A stretch of DNA of 18,987 nucleotides from Ginkgo biloba (lineage: Eukaryota > Plantae > Ginkgophyta). This document shows positions 1 through 10,960 of the stretch, piece by piece. The stretch's first letter is position 1. The number at the start of each line of letters is the position of its first letter. A program made the position numbers and the translations under genes. The DNA is taken from contig JANKJI020000002.1 of NCBI GenBank assembly GCA_024626585.2, forward strand, positions 213,945,426 to 213,964,412. The letters are read 5' to 3'. The notes beneath the pieces were generated by a model. The model did not search any database. It saw only the letters and a program-made list of their open reading frames with translations, and was not told where the DNA came from.

Positions 1-1060
1 TCCAATCCATTCTAGATCAAATGTGGCAATTATTTGCCATGGGTAAGGTCTATTATTCACTAATTAGACATCTTGTTCTCCACTCTGGAAAAGCTTTTTT
101 AAGAAACTAATATGGAAACACAAAATTCATTATTAAATGAGCTAGCAACTCAAATTGATAAGCTACGTCATTTGCCTTCTCTAGAATTTTGAAAGTACAA
201 CAATATCAAGGTGACAACTTAGAGCATCATGTTGGTGATAAGGATTTGTTTGGCTTTGCTCTTAAGTACCCTTGGTCTAGCGACTCAAAAGAATGAGGCA
301 ACCTCTTTTTGCATAGATACATCTTTGCTTTGGCTTGGACCCACTCCATGTTAGCAATCCCTCTTGCATTTCTCATGATGTCTTTCAGGACACTTGAGTC
401 TTCTCCTATGATTGTTAATATCTTTATCAAGAGCTATTGAAAGGGTGTATCCATATATTGCTAAGAATGGTGTCCTACTCATAGCATGTAAATTTCGAAA
501 GAAAGCGACCGTTCTTGTCACAAGGTTTGCCTAAAAGCTACATGTGCTCTCAACATGTCTTCTATGATTCAATTGAAACCCTTTTGTTTGGTCATCCATA
601 TGAGGATGTGTTTCCCTTTTGAATTCTAGTTTTGTTTGAAGTGCCAGGAAGAAGTCCTTCCACATTATCCCTACAACTTAGGATCTTTGTCACTAACAAC
701 GAATATAGGTATGTCTAATCTTGACAAAAAATATAATGTGAGTATCTTAAAAATATCAATTCCCTTGTGTGTCATACAAGGAATAGTTCTATTCATCTTT
801 GTCATTTTGTCCACAATCAAGAATATCTACACTCAAATCACAAAATTCTTAGAAATACTTTGGCATTTATCTTCAACAAACCTCCTAGTTATCCTAATTG
901 ACACTATTTATTAGCATTTCTTGCATATTCTCACATAGTTGGGCATTTCTCTTTTCGTGTTTCTCTAGTATATGTTTTTCTTAGCAAACTTATTTTGTCT
1001 TGATGCATGTGGCAAGGAAGGGCTATGAGGCAACTCATAGAATTTTGTACTTTAATTCAA
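1..1060 (-). mobile_element. Degenerate Ty3/Gypsy integrase (zinc-binding domain, catalytic core, GPY/F C-terminal region) with many stops and frameshifts
   Basis: Reverse-strand translation gives integrase motifs in the expected order: ELPHSPSLPH (~1040-1005) and YVRICKKC (~940-915) for the HHCC zinc finger; DIPIFVVSDKDPKL*GIMWKDFF (~715-645, cf. SIVSDRDPKF..FW); HPHMDDQTK (~610-583, cf. HPQTDGQTE); MSRTPFLAIYGY (~482-447); KMYLCKKRLPHSFESLDQGYLRAKP (ORF 227..430, cf. YADKRRRPLEFEVGDxVYLR); CSKLSP*YCCTFKILE (~226-180, cf. KLSPRYCGPF); VAYQFEL; HISFLKK. Confidence 0.9.
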
Positions 1061-1099
1061 CTATATGAACAATAACCATTATATCTCTAGCCTCAAACT

Positions 1100-1220
1100 T
1101 GTTAGAATATGTTTGTAACAGTCATATTGTAATATTAGAATAAAGTTAGGATATAAAGTCATAGTCACTTTATGTAATAAATCTTATATCCTAAAAGTGA
1201 CTTAACTTAAAGTTAAGTCA
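1100..1220. mobile_element. Possible terminus of a different LTR element that interrupts the integrase; truncated by the gap
   Basis: Integrase similarity stops near 1060-1100. The sequence then starts TGTTAGAATATG (a typical LTR start) and becomes very AT-rich with gtcacttt/aaagtgac motifs. Only 120 bp are visible. Confidence 0.35.
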
Positions 1221-1744
1221 NNNNNNNNNNNNNNNNNNNNNNNNNNNNNNNNNNNNNNNNNNNNNNNNNNNNNNNNNNNNNNNNNNNNNNNNNNNNNNNN
1301 NNNNNNNNNNNNNNNNNNNNAACCATAACCACTTATACTAAGTTGGGGGCACAACAACAGTAGTTGGACTTAATGGAATTCCTAAGAATCATGTCATTAT
1401 CTTGTGGTGAAGGATGCATTTTTAATCATGAAAGAAGATTTGACAGTTGCTACCCCTCAAATCACTCTCAGAAAATACAATGGCTTTATACTTACAGGGG
1501 AATATCTACACATGGAAGAGGATATTTGTCTTTGATAGTAATCTCACTTAGTGATTGGTGATAGATAGATTTGACACATGTTCTTATTGTGAATTCCTTC
1601 CATACCAAGAAAGATAGGGAACAAAGGTGTTACAAGCTAATCAAATCAAGAGAATTCGACCTTAAGAAAGGCAAAAGCTAAAAAAAATAAGTGAGGAAGT
1701 TAGCAAGTNNNNNNNNNNNNNNNNNNNNNNNNNNNNNNACATCA

Positions 1745-1850
1745 TTGGAATCAACTTTAACCAATCAAAGGTGAAAGTATTAAGCAAGAATTCAAGATCC
1801 TACTATTGGGCATCTCCAATGAGTAAGGAACACATGGAAAAGCTCCATTG
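1745..1850 (+). pseudogene. Possible chromodomain remnant at the 3' end of a Gypsy pol
   Basis: Translation QEFKILLLGISNE*, then TWK after a frameshift, resembles the chromodomain motif EYLVKWxGxPxEEATWE. It lies about 150 bp upstream of a PPT + TG. Confidence 0.35.
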
Positions 1851-1997
1851 GTTGGCGATTGGGAGCTAAAGTAGTTTCGACTAAGCCTAACCAACTCGTG
1901 GAAGGATCTAGAACACCCATTTTTTGTTATTTATGGAAGGCCAAGTTTTGGCTTTTGGGAGAGAAAAATTAGATTGCATAAGGATGAATTTTGGCTT

Positions 1998-2009
1998 GAA
2001 GAAGGAGGA
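1998..2009 (+). promoter_or_regulatory. Polypurine tract (PPT) before a putative 3' LTR
   Basis: GAAGAAGGAGGA is followed directly by TG (2010-2011) and preceded by aggatgaatttt, which resembles chromovirus ends of the form gaggacgaaatt...aaggggggagga-TG. Confidence 0.5.
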
Positions 2010-3611
2010 TGAAGTGCTTCCTAGCTAGACCTCTCACTTTGGCATGAATTTTTGCCGTATTGCAATCCTAGAGGTGCCAAGGAACCCTACAAGGATGACA
2101 CAAGTTATTTTCATTTTTGCATAGGCTATTTATTTGTGAGTTAGCAAATGGATTGAAAAGATATGTAGTGATATGTGTGGCTATTAGGTTGAAAGGAGAC
2201 CCACTAAACTATTAACCATATGGATTGAAATATACCCATGTTTATGATGTCTATTAGGTTGAAAGGATACCCACTAAAATTTTAGTTACTAGTACCATGA
2301 ATTAACACAAATGAGTTGAAAGGATACCTCCAATTAAGGTACACAAATTAATATGAATAAACATTGTTGGCTAAGAGCAGAGCCTTTTTAGGATGCTAGG
2401 TGCCAAAAAGGGCTTGAAACTATACCTAAGGTCCAACACCATTATTGATGTTTTTTATAACTCAGTCTCTTGCAAATTTGACCTTGAAAGGAGGGCCAAA
2501 GTCAACCATGAAGAGCACATTAAATTCAATGTTGGAAGACATGCCTAAACCTAAGCTCAATGATGGGGCTTGGTTACACATATTGCACATGATTATGAAA
2601 CCCCATGGTGAGGTGNNNNNNNNNNNNNNNNNNNNNNNNNNNNNNNNNNNNNNNNNNNNNNNNNNNNNNNNNNNNNNNNNNNNNNNNGTTTGAGATGGTA
2701 TAGTGCCATAGAGGGTTTCTTAGGGTTTTGGGCGACCCTACGGTGAAGTTCATCCTGGGGGTTTGTGCCCAGTTTGGGGCATAATAAGGGATTGTCTAGG
2801 CTTAGATAATTCCCTAACATCATCTCCTCTTGAAGGCGTTCAATATGCAAGCTATTTTCTTCATTCTATCTTTCTGACTACATCCTTAGAAGTCATCGTT
2901 TCTGGACAATATCGATTTCTTTCATATCTGGAATTGGACATTAGCATTTATTGTAGGTTAGAATATATATTTTCACTAAAGAACTACTTAGATTTTATCT
3001 TTGAGTCAAGGCAACCTCATTGATCTTTGAGGCAAGTTACAATATATATTTTCACTACTAACTTTTACTACATTTGTGGGGCCCAATGAACCTCTAGAAA
3101 AAGTCGCAAGCTATTCTTAGCACCTAACANNNNNNNNNNNNNNNNNNNNNNNNNNNNNNNNNATACGTGGCTTTAGCAGCGAGTCACTACACTCTAAGGT
3201 GCTAAGCTGAGATGTTTTTGTCTACAAAGGAATTTGGTATCTTCAAATCTTTGATTTCGACTGATAAGCTAGCATAAATTGTAAGTATTTATTAAACTCT
3301 ACTTTTGCATTTATTTTTGCATATTGTTTTTAGCCTTCCATTAATTAACAAAAACTAGAAATGAGTATGAAATTTGAATTTATGCTTATGTATACATGAG
3401 GGTCTGTAAACCCTAGGAATGCAGATTTAGACTCTTTGCAATAGGTCAAAGAGTTGTTTGGTACTATTTATGGGGGATTTTGGATTTGCATGGGTATTAG
3501 GGTTTGGCGTATTTATTACTTTCTCCTATTTTCAAGTTCTAAACTGTAGCGCCTGACTTAGATGCCAGCTTGTCCTAATAGGCAATCTACTGAGGGGATT
3601 GGTTATGCATA
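2010..3611 (+). mobile_element. Putative LTR, copy 1 (probable 3' LTR; contains two sized gaps)
   Basis: Starts with TG after the PPT and is non-coding. About 2730-3610 aligns colinearly with 4070-4930, including an exact 27-mer cctaggaatgcagatttagactctttg at 3412-3438 and 4724-4750. Homology ends at the same point in both copies (tgaggggattggtt..gcat). Confidence 0.65.
2151..2330 (+). repeat. Five-copy TTGAAAGGATACCC-like sub-repeat inside the putative LTR
   Basis: TTGAAA cores at 2153, 2189, 2225, 2259 and 2316. 2181-2208 and 2251-2278 match at 27 of 28 bases (ctattaggttgaaagga[g/t]acccactaaa). Confidence 0.8.
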
Positions 3612-4069
3612 GATTGTAACAACCTACTCTGTTAAACCTACAAAAACAAGCTAATTAGAGCTACATCTAAGGAATGCATAAGAGGGTGAGGCGACTTAGT
3701 CATGCACTCAAAAGTAAAAAAATAATCATAAAATTATTGCACAGTGCCAATACAAAAATAATAGTCATTAATTCATGGTATTTGTATTGTTAGTGCACCG
3801 GTTTATAGGTTAGTAGGATAGGATGATTAGACTAGGGTCGACTTGCAGGTAAGTATCCAAACACCTTACGTTGTCCATGGGAACCGCCTATGGGCAACCA
3901 AATCCTCGGTGCATNNNNNNNNNNNNNNNNNNNNNNNNNNNNNNNNNNNNNNNNNNNNNNNNNNNNNNNNNNNNNNNNNNNNNNNNNNNNNNNNNNNNNN
4001 NNNNNNNNNNNNNNTCAATTCTAACCCTTCATAAGCCTCTTTTGACCCCTCTTTCCTAGTCTGTGACAT

Positions 4070-4931
4070 TTGGGGGCAACCCTAAGGTTGAACTCAATCC
4101 TATGTGGGGGTTTGTGTCCAATTTTTGGCAAAGAGGGGATTGTTTGAGCTAAGATAACACCCTAAAATCATCTTTTTCATCTTCTACTAATGGTGCTTTC
4201 ATCAGGCAAGCTATTTTCTATGTTTTGGATTTGTGACTGGATCCTTAGAGGTCGTTGTTTGTGGAGAATTGTTAGTTCTTTCACATCTGGGACCAAACAT
4301 TAGCATTTATTGTGGGTTACAATGCATATTTTCACTAAAGAAGCACTCGGATCAAATCTTTGAGACAAGCCAACCACTTTAAAGGGGTTAGTACGGTTTG
4401 AAATTGTATTATGGGGCCCGATAAACCTCCAGAAGAAGTTGCAGGCCATTTTAGCACCCAATGACCTATTTCTACATATGTACTATGTCATCTTTGAACC
4501 TTGAAGTGCGTTGTTGCTTCCTAAAGAGATGAACTGAGATGTTTTGGTCCAAAGAGATATTTGGCATTTTCAAATATTCACTTTTGTCTCGTAAGTCACC
4601 ATAAGTTGTAAGAATTTATTAAACCCTACTTTATGCACATTGTTTCTGGCTACCATAAATTATCAAATATGAGTTTGAAATTCGAATTCACGCTTATGTA
4701 TGCATGTATGAGGGTCTATAAATCCTAGGAATGCAGATTTAGACTCTTTGTTGTAGGGCACTCTTAGTCAAAGAGTTGTGTTGTTTGTTTATGGGTCATT
4801 TTGGATTTTGCATCCACATCAAGGTTTGGTGTATTTATTGCTTTCCCCGATTTAGGTTCTAAACCCTAGTGTTGAGTCTTAGTGGCAACTTGTCCGAGTA
4901 GGGAATCCACTGAGGGGATTGGTTGCGCATT
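4070..4931 (+). mobile_element. Putative LTR, copy 2 (3' part), a diverged paralogue of 2730-3610
   Basis: Colinear direct repeat with many shared blocks (ggggtttgtg, gcaagctattttct, cattagcatttattgt, attttcactaaagaa, ctgagatgtttt, actgaggggattggtt). Identity is roughly 70-75% by eye, not computed. Confidence 0.7.
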
Positions 4932-5457
4932 GGTTTTTCTATGCCAGTGCATTTATTGCATTTTGACCAACTTTAGACCATATAAGCCATAGGCCTTCTA
5001 CAAGTATTTATGGTTTATACCATGTGTTGCTGATAATGAGGCAAGAGATAGCACCCTGAGAACCCTCGAAGATGCTCTAGTCTTGTGAGGTAGGGAAAAT
5101 CTTAGTGGCTATATATAGCCTTTTGTTTTTGTTTTTCCAAAATTTTCCAAGATTAGATTTGCCAATAGGCAAAATTCCTCTAAAATATTCACCAAGTTTT
5201 TTCACCTTTAAGGAAAAACCTTAGCTTATTTGTCAAATTTATCATGAATTACAAACAAAACATTTATTGTACTTCATCATTCACCTATGATGTATATGAT
5301 ATTAATTTCATATCTTAAAATTAGCTACCAATTAATTAAAATTATCAAAAATAACTCNNNNNNNNNNNNNNNNNNNNNNNNNNNNNNNNNNNNNNNNNNN
5401 NNNNNNNNNNNNNNNNNNNNNNNNNNNNNNNNNNNNNNNNNNNNNNNNNNNNNNNNN

Positions 5458-7859
5458 AAATGTTAAGCAATTAAAGAACGTGTGGATATGAGATTCTGAT
5501 GGAAGAGGCATGAGTCCTCTTTCTAGTCGTGGATAAGGATCATGGAAATCTTCTTCAAATCCTTTAATATATTGGAGTAAAATAAGGTGATGATGGTGAC
5601 TTTTGCTCTCAAAGGGCCATCTCGAGAGTGATGGAATGACATCCAAATAGAAATAGAGGATGTGATGCAATCATCTATTGAAACCTAGATGGAGATGAGA
5701 GCAATAATGTTCAAAATTTATGCACTACAAAATGACATGTAGAAAGCTTATGGTCAAACTTGAAGAAGAGTGGTTTGGTGCAAGAGTTCGGTAAGAAGTT
5801 GGATAGGCTATTTGCACAATCATCATATCTTCCTATAAGATATAGGGTGTGGCACTTTTTACATGGTTGGAAGCTCCATATCCAGCAGTGGGTGGTGCTC
5901 ACAAGATCTACTACCATGTGAGATATAGTTAACATTGCCTCATAGATTAAAGTTGCACAAACAAAAGAACTTGAGTTTGAGAAACCCTTTCAGTAAAAGA
6001 AACACTCGCCCAAGTTCAAGAAGCCATATCAGAAGCGTGATAAGAAACCATTGTTTAAAAAGCATTATTTCCCAAATCCTTCATTCCAAAACAAAGGAAG
6101 GGAAGAGAAGAATCTAGGGGAGAATCCCCCTTAGTAGAAGGAAGAAAATAGGTTGCCCATGAAACCTTCAAGTGTGGGGGAGACCATCCAAGAAGGTCTT
6201 GCCCTTATCTTCACCATAGCAACAACATTAAGTAGGAGAAAAGGGCGGTTTAGGTGGTATGCAAGGGGAACAACTCCAAAATGACTCTCCTCCAAAGAGT
6301 AAGCTTAAGAAAACTTGGAAGATTTGTTCATGTTGAATTATTTATTACTATTGGGAAGCTTAATGGGATGTATGCAACAATTCTAGTGGACATTGGGTGT
6401 ACCCATCACTTTGTCCCTGAAGAATTTGCTAGTAAGGCTCAATTGCAAACTTAAGAAGCTCCTTATGAAGTTGAATTGGTGGAAGGAAGAGAGATCCAAA
6501 TGTGGGAAGAATTTACTGCCAAGGTGTCCATTGCTATCCAAATTTATGAAGATCTCCTGGATTTTGACATCATGAAGATTGGGAGGTATGATGTCATTCG
6601 TGACAGGTATGGTTGTGGAAATATGATATCCACATTCTTCCAAGAGATCACATCTTGTACTTTCACAAAGGAAAGAAATTGAAGCTATATGGGGACAAGG
6701 ACTCTCACTAAATTCCTTGTTTCCATAGTGCAATTGATTAGAGTTGCAAGGAAAGATCAATAATCAATGCTATGGTCTATTTGTTCAAGAGACTCCAAGT
6801 GAAGGGAAGGACAAAATGGGTATCAAAGAAGAGATGAAATTGCTCTTGAAAGAGTATGTAGATGTATTTCCAAATGAGCTACCCAAGAGATTGCCAATTA
6901 GAAGAGAGATGGATTGCCAATTCCAACTCAAAGGAGGATCAAGAACAACTTATCGCTTGCCTTATCAATTGACCCATGTGGAAAAGGAAAAAGTGGAAAA
7001 ATAGATTCAAGAACTTTTGGAGCAAGGGTTCATTTAACCATCTAAATCCTTGTATGGAGCATTGGTTTTGTTGGTGAAGAAGGACCGTTCCTTGTGCATG
7101 TGTATGGACTATTGAGCATTTAATAAGGTATCAATTAAGGACACATATCCCCCTCCAAGGATTGATGACCTTTTGGAAACCATGAAAAGTGCTATAATGT
7201 TTTCCAAAATTGAACTCAAAGAAGTAGTTACTATCAAATTAACATTCACAAGGACGATGTGAAGAAGACAACTTTCACTAGAAGGGATGGCCATTATGAA
7301 TTCTTAGTAATGCTGTTTGGATTAATTAATGCACCTATCACGTTCATGAGTCTCATAAATAATGTTCTCAAACCATATTTGGGAAATATTTGTAGTTGCA
7401 TTCTTAGATGATATCATGATTTTCAATAAGAGCAAAGAGGAGCATCAAGAACAATCANNNNNNNNNNNNNNTGAAGGAAAAAAAAATAATTTGCTAAACT
7501 ATCAAAATGTGACTTCTCCAAGGAGGAAGTGGAGTATTTGGGCCACATTGTTTCAACCAAAGGTATTCTAGTGGATGCTAAGAAGATCCAAGTTTTTTGG
7601 GAATAGAGAACTCCCATAAGTGTTCATGAAGTTAGAAGCTTCCTTGTATTGGAAAGTTTTTATTGTAGATTTGTATGGAACTTCTCCAAGATTGTGACAG
7701 TTTAACAAAATTATTGTAGAAGTCAAAAGGATTTGTTTGGATAGAAAAGCAACAATTGAACTTTGAGCTATTGAAGTAGAAGTTGACCAAGGCATCGATC
7801 TTTATGTTGTTAGACCCATCAAGATTGTTCACCTTCTTCACATACACTAGTGGAGTGGC
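5458..7859 (+). mobile_element. Degenerate Ty3/Gypsy gag-pol, copy A (gag, zinc knuckle, aspartic protease, RT, start of RNase H)
   Basis: Gag-like WIRIMEIFFKSFNILE*NKVMMVTFALKGPSRE*W...ET*MEMR (5530-5720); knuckle FKCGGDHPRRSCP (~6167-6205); protease ILVDIGCTHHFV (~6380-6415); LLKEYVDVFPNELPKRLP; [39 protein letters not shown] and [10 protein letters not shown] (YxDD box); VEYLGHIVS; EVRSFL; HTLVEW (cf. HTDAS). Many stops and frameshifts. Confidence 0.95.
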
Positions 7860-8105
7860 NNNNNNNNNNNNNNNNNNNNNNNNNNNNNNNNNNNNNNNNN
7901 NNNNNNGAGTTGTTGAATAAATGATATGAAAAGGAGACATGGCCATAATTCATGCAATCGAGCTTTAAGTCCTTGACCAAGGGTGCCTTTATATGAGGCT
8001 TCATTTTTTCCCTAGCATGCATATATTTCTGCTTACTAGAAGTAGGAGCTTGGATTTCCCCTAAGAGGGTGTAGTTGTTGCTCATGGTTAACCTCTTATT
8101 GGTTT

Positions 8106-8240
8106 CTGCAGTTTGTTGTTGCAATCGTAGGGCTACAATTTGTCGGTGTACTTGTAGGCTATAGTTTGTTGGTGCAATTGTAGTGACTATGGTCTGTTGT
8201 TGTAGCCATAAGCCTATGGGTTGTTGTTGTAGCCATAGGG
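8106..8240. repeat. Minisatellite of five ~27-bp units, each with 6-bp inverted ends
   Basis: Units start at 8106, 8133, 8159, 8187 and 8214 with consensus CTAYRG-tttgttgktgyar-YYRTAG-gg. This repeat produces the LWLQQQ/LRLQQQ repeats in ORF 7819..8319. Confidence 0.85.
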
Positions 8241-8777
8241 GTTTTGATTGGTATATTTTTTGTCTAGGGTTTATTGTCACAACCCTACTGAGACTTGTGA
8301 TAGAAATCAATATAAACAAATAAGCTACCAGTAAAGGTGGATACTCTCGCTTTCTAGGGGTATCCTAATGCCCGAGTACACTTGGCACCTTTGCTAACAC
8401 AGGTTTATGGGGTGGAGTTTAGCAAATTTATAATAACTACTAGTCATTGACGATTAGTGTCTTCCCCGCTGGAGGTTTGGCTACTTGCATTAGTAAGCCC
8501 ATATAGGCAGTCTCCATGACCAATAATAGGTAGTTGGAGTCCTTACTACAAGTCAACCCTAGTCAAATAGTCTTCTTTGCTAAGACTTGTAATTTAAAGT
8601 ATTCTAATTTTTGTCCACATAAATAAATATCACTTTTGTGGAATAGTCCCACCTCTTAAACCTCTATGCTAAAAGATNNNNNNNNNNNNNNNNNNNNNNN
8701 NNNNNNNNNNNNNNNNNNNNNNNNNNNNNNNNNNNNNNNNNNNNNNNNNNNNNNNNNNNNNNNNNNNNNNNNNNNNN

Positions 8778-10235
8778 CCCATGGTATTCAGGGTGAACCA
8801 CTTTGCACGTGGTTTAAAGACTTATATTCAGCAAAGCATAGCAGTGATGGAACTACAAACAATGGAGGAAGCAGTAATTGATTGGTAGAAGCTACCCAAT
8901 TCAATCAAGTCGAGCCAACCAAGAAGCTATTCAAGCCAAAGAAGGAGTTCTCATCCTTCAAGAATTCTTTCTTTTTAAGTTTGGAAAGAAGCCTTTTGCC
9001 TAAAAAATCCCTTTTCGTAGGATAAGGGTAAGGAGAAGGGTAGGGGAGAAAAGTAGTCTAAGTCCAAGGGAGTGAAGAGGCCACTTGTCCAAGTTATGAG
9101 TGTGTAGAAGACCACTATAAGTGATTGTGTCCCCACCTTCGACGTGGTAACAATATCAAGCAAGACTAGGAAGTGGTTGTGTTGGTATGTAAGGAGAAGT
9201 GGTCCTAGAAGACTACCTTAAAAAGCAAATTTGAGGCCTGTTGAGAGATTTCATGATATTAAGTTATTTGTGATTAAGTGTAAGATGAATGGACATGATG
9301 GTATCATTCCTGTTGATAATGGATGTACACATTATTTTGTTTCTAAGGATCTTACAAAAAGGGCCAATCTGAAAACTCATGAAGCACCATATGATTATCA
9401 AGTTGAATTGGCCAATGGAAACAAACCTAAGCTTGGGAGGAGTTTGTTGCTGAAAGTTCCCATTACCATTTATGAGTATGAGAACCACCTAGATTTTGAC
9501 ATCATGAAAAATGGCCAATATGATGCCATTCTCAGTTCGAAAATGGTTGTGGCAATATGACATCCACATCTTACCTAGGGGCCACATTCTACAGTTCCAC
9601 AAAGGTATGAAGTTGACATTGGATGGTGACAAAGTTGCTCAGTATCCCATTAATTTCAGTCATTTAGTTGACGAGAGTAGCTTGAAAGACAAATTAACTA
9701 GTTTTTGTGCTATTTGTGAACAAGGTATCACATGAGGGCAAGCAAAAGGAAGAGATTCTTGCAGAAGTGGTGCCTTTGTTATCAAAGTTCGCTAACGTGT
9801 TTCCTAATGAGCTTCCAAAACAGTCGCCAACACAGATAGAAGTGGACCTCTAGATTGAGGTTGAGGAGGGATCGAGACCTACCTACATGTTGAGTCATGT
9901 CGAGAAGGAAAAGATGGGAAAGAAGATCCAAGAGTTGTTGGATCAAGGGTTCATACCCATCAAAGTCTTCTTACAGTGCACCGATTTTGCTAGTGAACAA
10001 AAAGGATGGTTCCATACAATGTGTGTGGACTATCAAGCATTGAATAAGGTGGCCATTAAGGATAAATATCCTCTTCGTAGGATTGATGAAATTTTAAACG
10101 CCATGAAGGGAGCCATAGTGTTTTCAAAGATTAAGTTGAGGAGTTGCTATCATCAAATTTGGATTCATCCTAAGGATATGAAGAAGACAACCTTCACAAC
10201 AAGGTATGACCATTACAAGTACTTGGTTATGCCCT
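8778..10235 (+). mobile_element. Degenerate Ty3/Gypsy gag-pol, copy B (end of gag, knuckle, protease, RT N-terminal half)
   Basis: PMVFRVNHFARGLKTYIQQ (homologous to copy A PIRYRVWHFLHGWKLHIQQ); knuckle ECVEDHYK*LCP; protease IIPVDNGCTHYFVS (ORF 9231..9560); RT MCVDYQALNKVAIKDKYPLRRIDEIL...FSKIKLRSCYHQI...KTTFTTRYDHYKYLVMP (ORF 9887). Bounded by 100-N gaps. Confidence 0.95.
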
Positions 10236-10429
10236 NNNNNNNNNNNNNNNNNNNNNNNNNNNNNNNNNNNNNNNNNNNNNNNNNNNNNNNNNNNNNNNNN
10301 NNNNNNNNNNNNNNNNNNNNNNNNNNNNNNNNNNNCTTGCCTTTCACAAATGCCGCACTTGTCCCCGTCCCCACACCTACACCCACACCCACAAACCTTG
10401 TTAACCTTGGTTATAAGTTTGAAGGAGGC

Positions 10430-10960
10430 ATAACAAAGTGAAATGCATCACTAGTTGGTAAGGGAATGTGTCCTCCACTTATTTAGCCATATAATATCAA
10501 AGAAGTGATGGATATAGGTAATTATGTTGATGAAGCTCTTGGATCATTTGTGATAAATGGGGAAAATAATAAAGGAGAATGCAGAATAGAGATCATCAAG
10601 GCCTAATGGTTTATTATCATCCACAATTTGGAGGGCAGCTAAAACACATCTTCCATGCTTGATAGATCTCTGTTGATTGTTGTGTTTGTGTCTAATAGAG
10701 AGGAAAGGAAGTCAATGTATAGAAATTTTCCAAGAGGCGATCTAGAGGTTGATGTGGAGTGGTCTACATGTTTGGATTAAAATATTGAGCCACCTTTTGG
10801 GTTTTTCTATGAGTAATCATAGTCCCATCTTCAAGTTTTAAAGAAAATAGAAAAGTTCTGTGATAATTCCTCTTAATAATTTTACAAAACTTTCTATTAT
10901 GTTTTCCTCTTCTATGTGTTATGATGTGAGTGTAATGTAATGTTAACAAACTGCCAAACA
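10430..10960 (-). mobile_element. L1-clade LINE ORF2 remnant (endonuclease-RT linker into the RT N-terminus)
   Basis: Reverse translation gives RGKHNRKFCKIIKRNYHRTFLFSLKLEDGTMITH...AQYFNP (cf. GDxNTKFFH...RxxRNxIxxLxxxDG...YFxxL), then VLAALQIVDDNKPLGLDDLYSAF (cf. EEVxxAL...KAPGPDGF), then GHIPLPTSDAF. Confidence 0.7.

Noticed and set aside
636-914. Hydrophobic ORF resembling a membrane protein (also ORFs 5711..5935, 6383..6760, 9264..9488, 11812..12135)
   Set aside because: These are antisense shadows of the integrase, gag-pol or chimera frames.
2151-2330. CRISPR-like array (TTGAAAG cores at ~36-bp spacing)
   Set aside because: The repeats are short and degenerate, the intervening sequences are partly duplicated rather than unique spacers, there are no cas genes, and the context is a plant LTR.
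4929-4950. Primer-binding site after LTR copy 2
   Set aside because: TGG is present at the homology boundary, but tggtttttctatgcc does not match the usual tRNA-iMet PBS (TGGTATCAGAGC) or any other I recognise.
5107-5120. 14-bp palindrome ggctatatatagcc with a TATA-like core
   Set aside because: Real but short and mostly TA repeat; no evidence of a promoter.
7819-8319. 166-aa Gln-rich minus-strand ORF as a novel gene
   Set aside because: It spans a gap, begins at a non-ATG codon, and its repeats come from the 27-bp minisatellite. No recognisable domain.
5458-10235. Reverse transcriptases as a retron, DGR or other novel RT system
   Set aside because: Motifs and the gag-protease-RT-RNaseH order are standard Ty3/Gypsy, and both copies are pseudogenised.
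10336-10409. Possible hAT/MITE end (gtccccgtcccc...aaccttg)
   Set aside because: Only 74 bp beside a gap, with no partner TIR or TSD visible.
9887-10441. 184-aa ORF read as RT fused to a PTPTPT tail
   Set aside because: It reads through a 100-N gap. The tail comes from a (cacacc)n-like tract in a different contig block.
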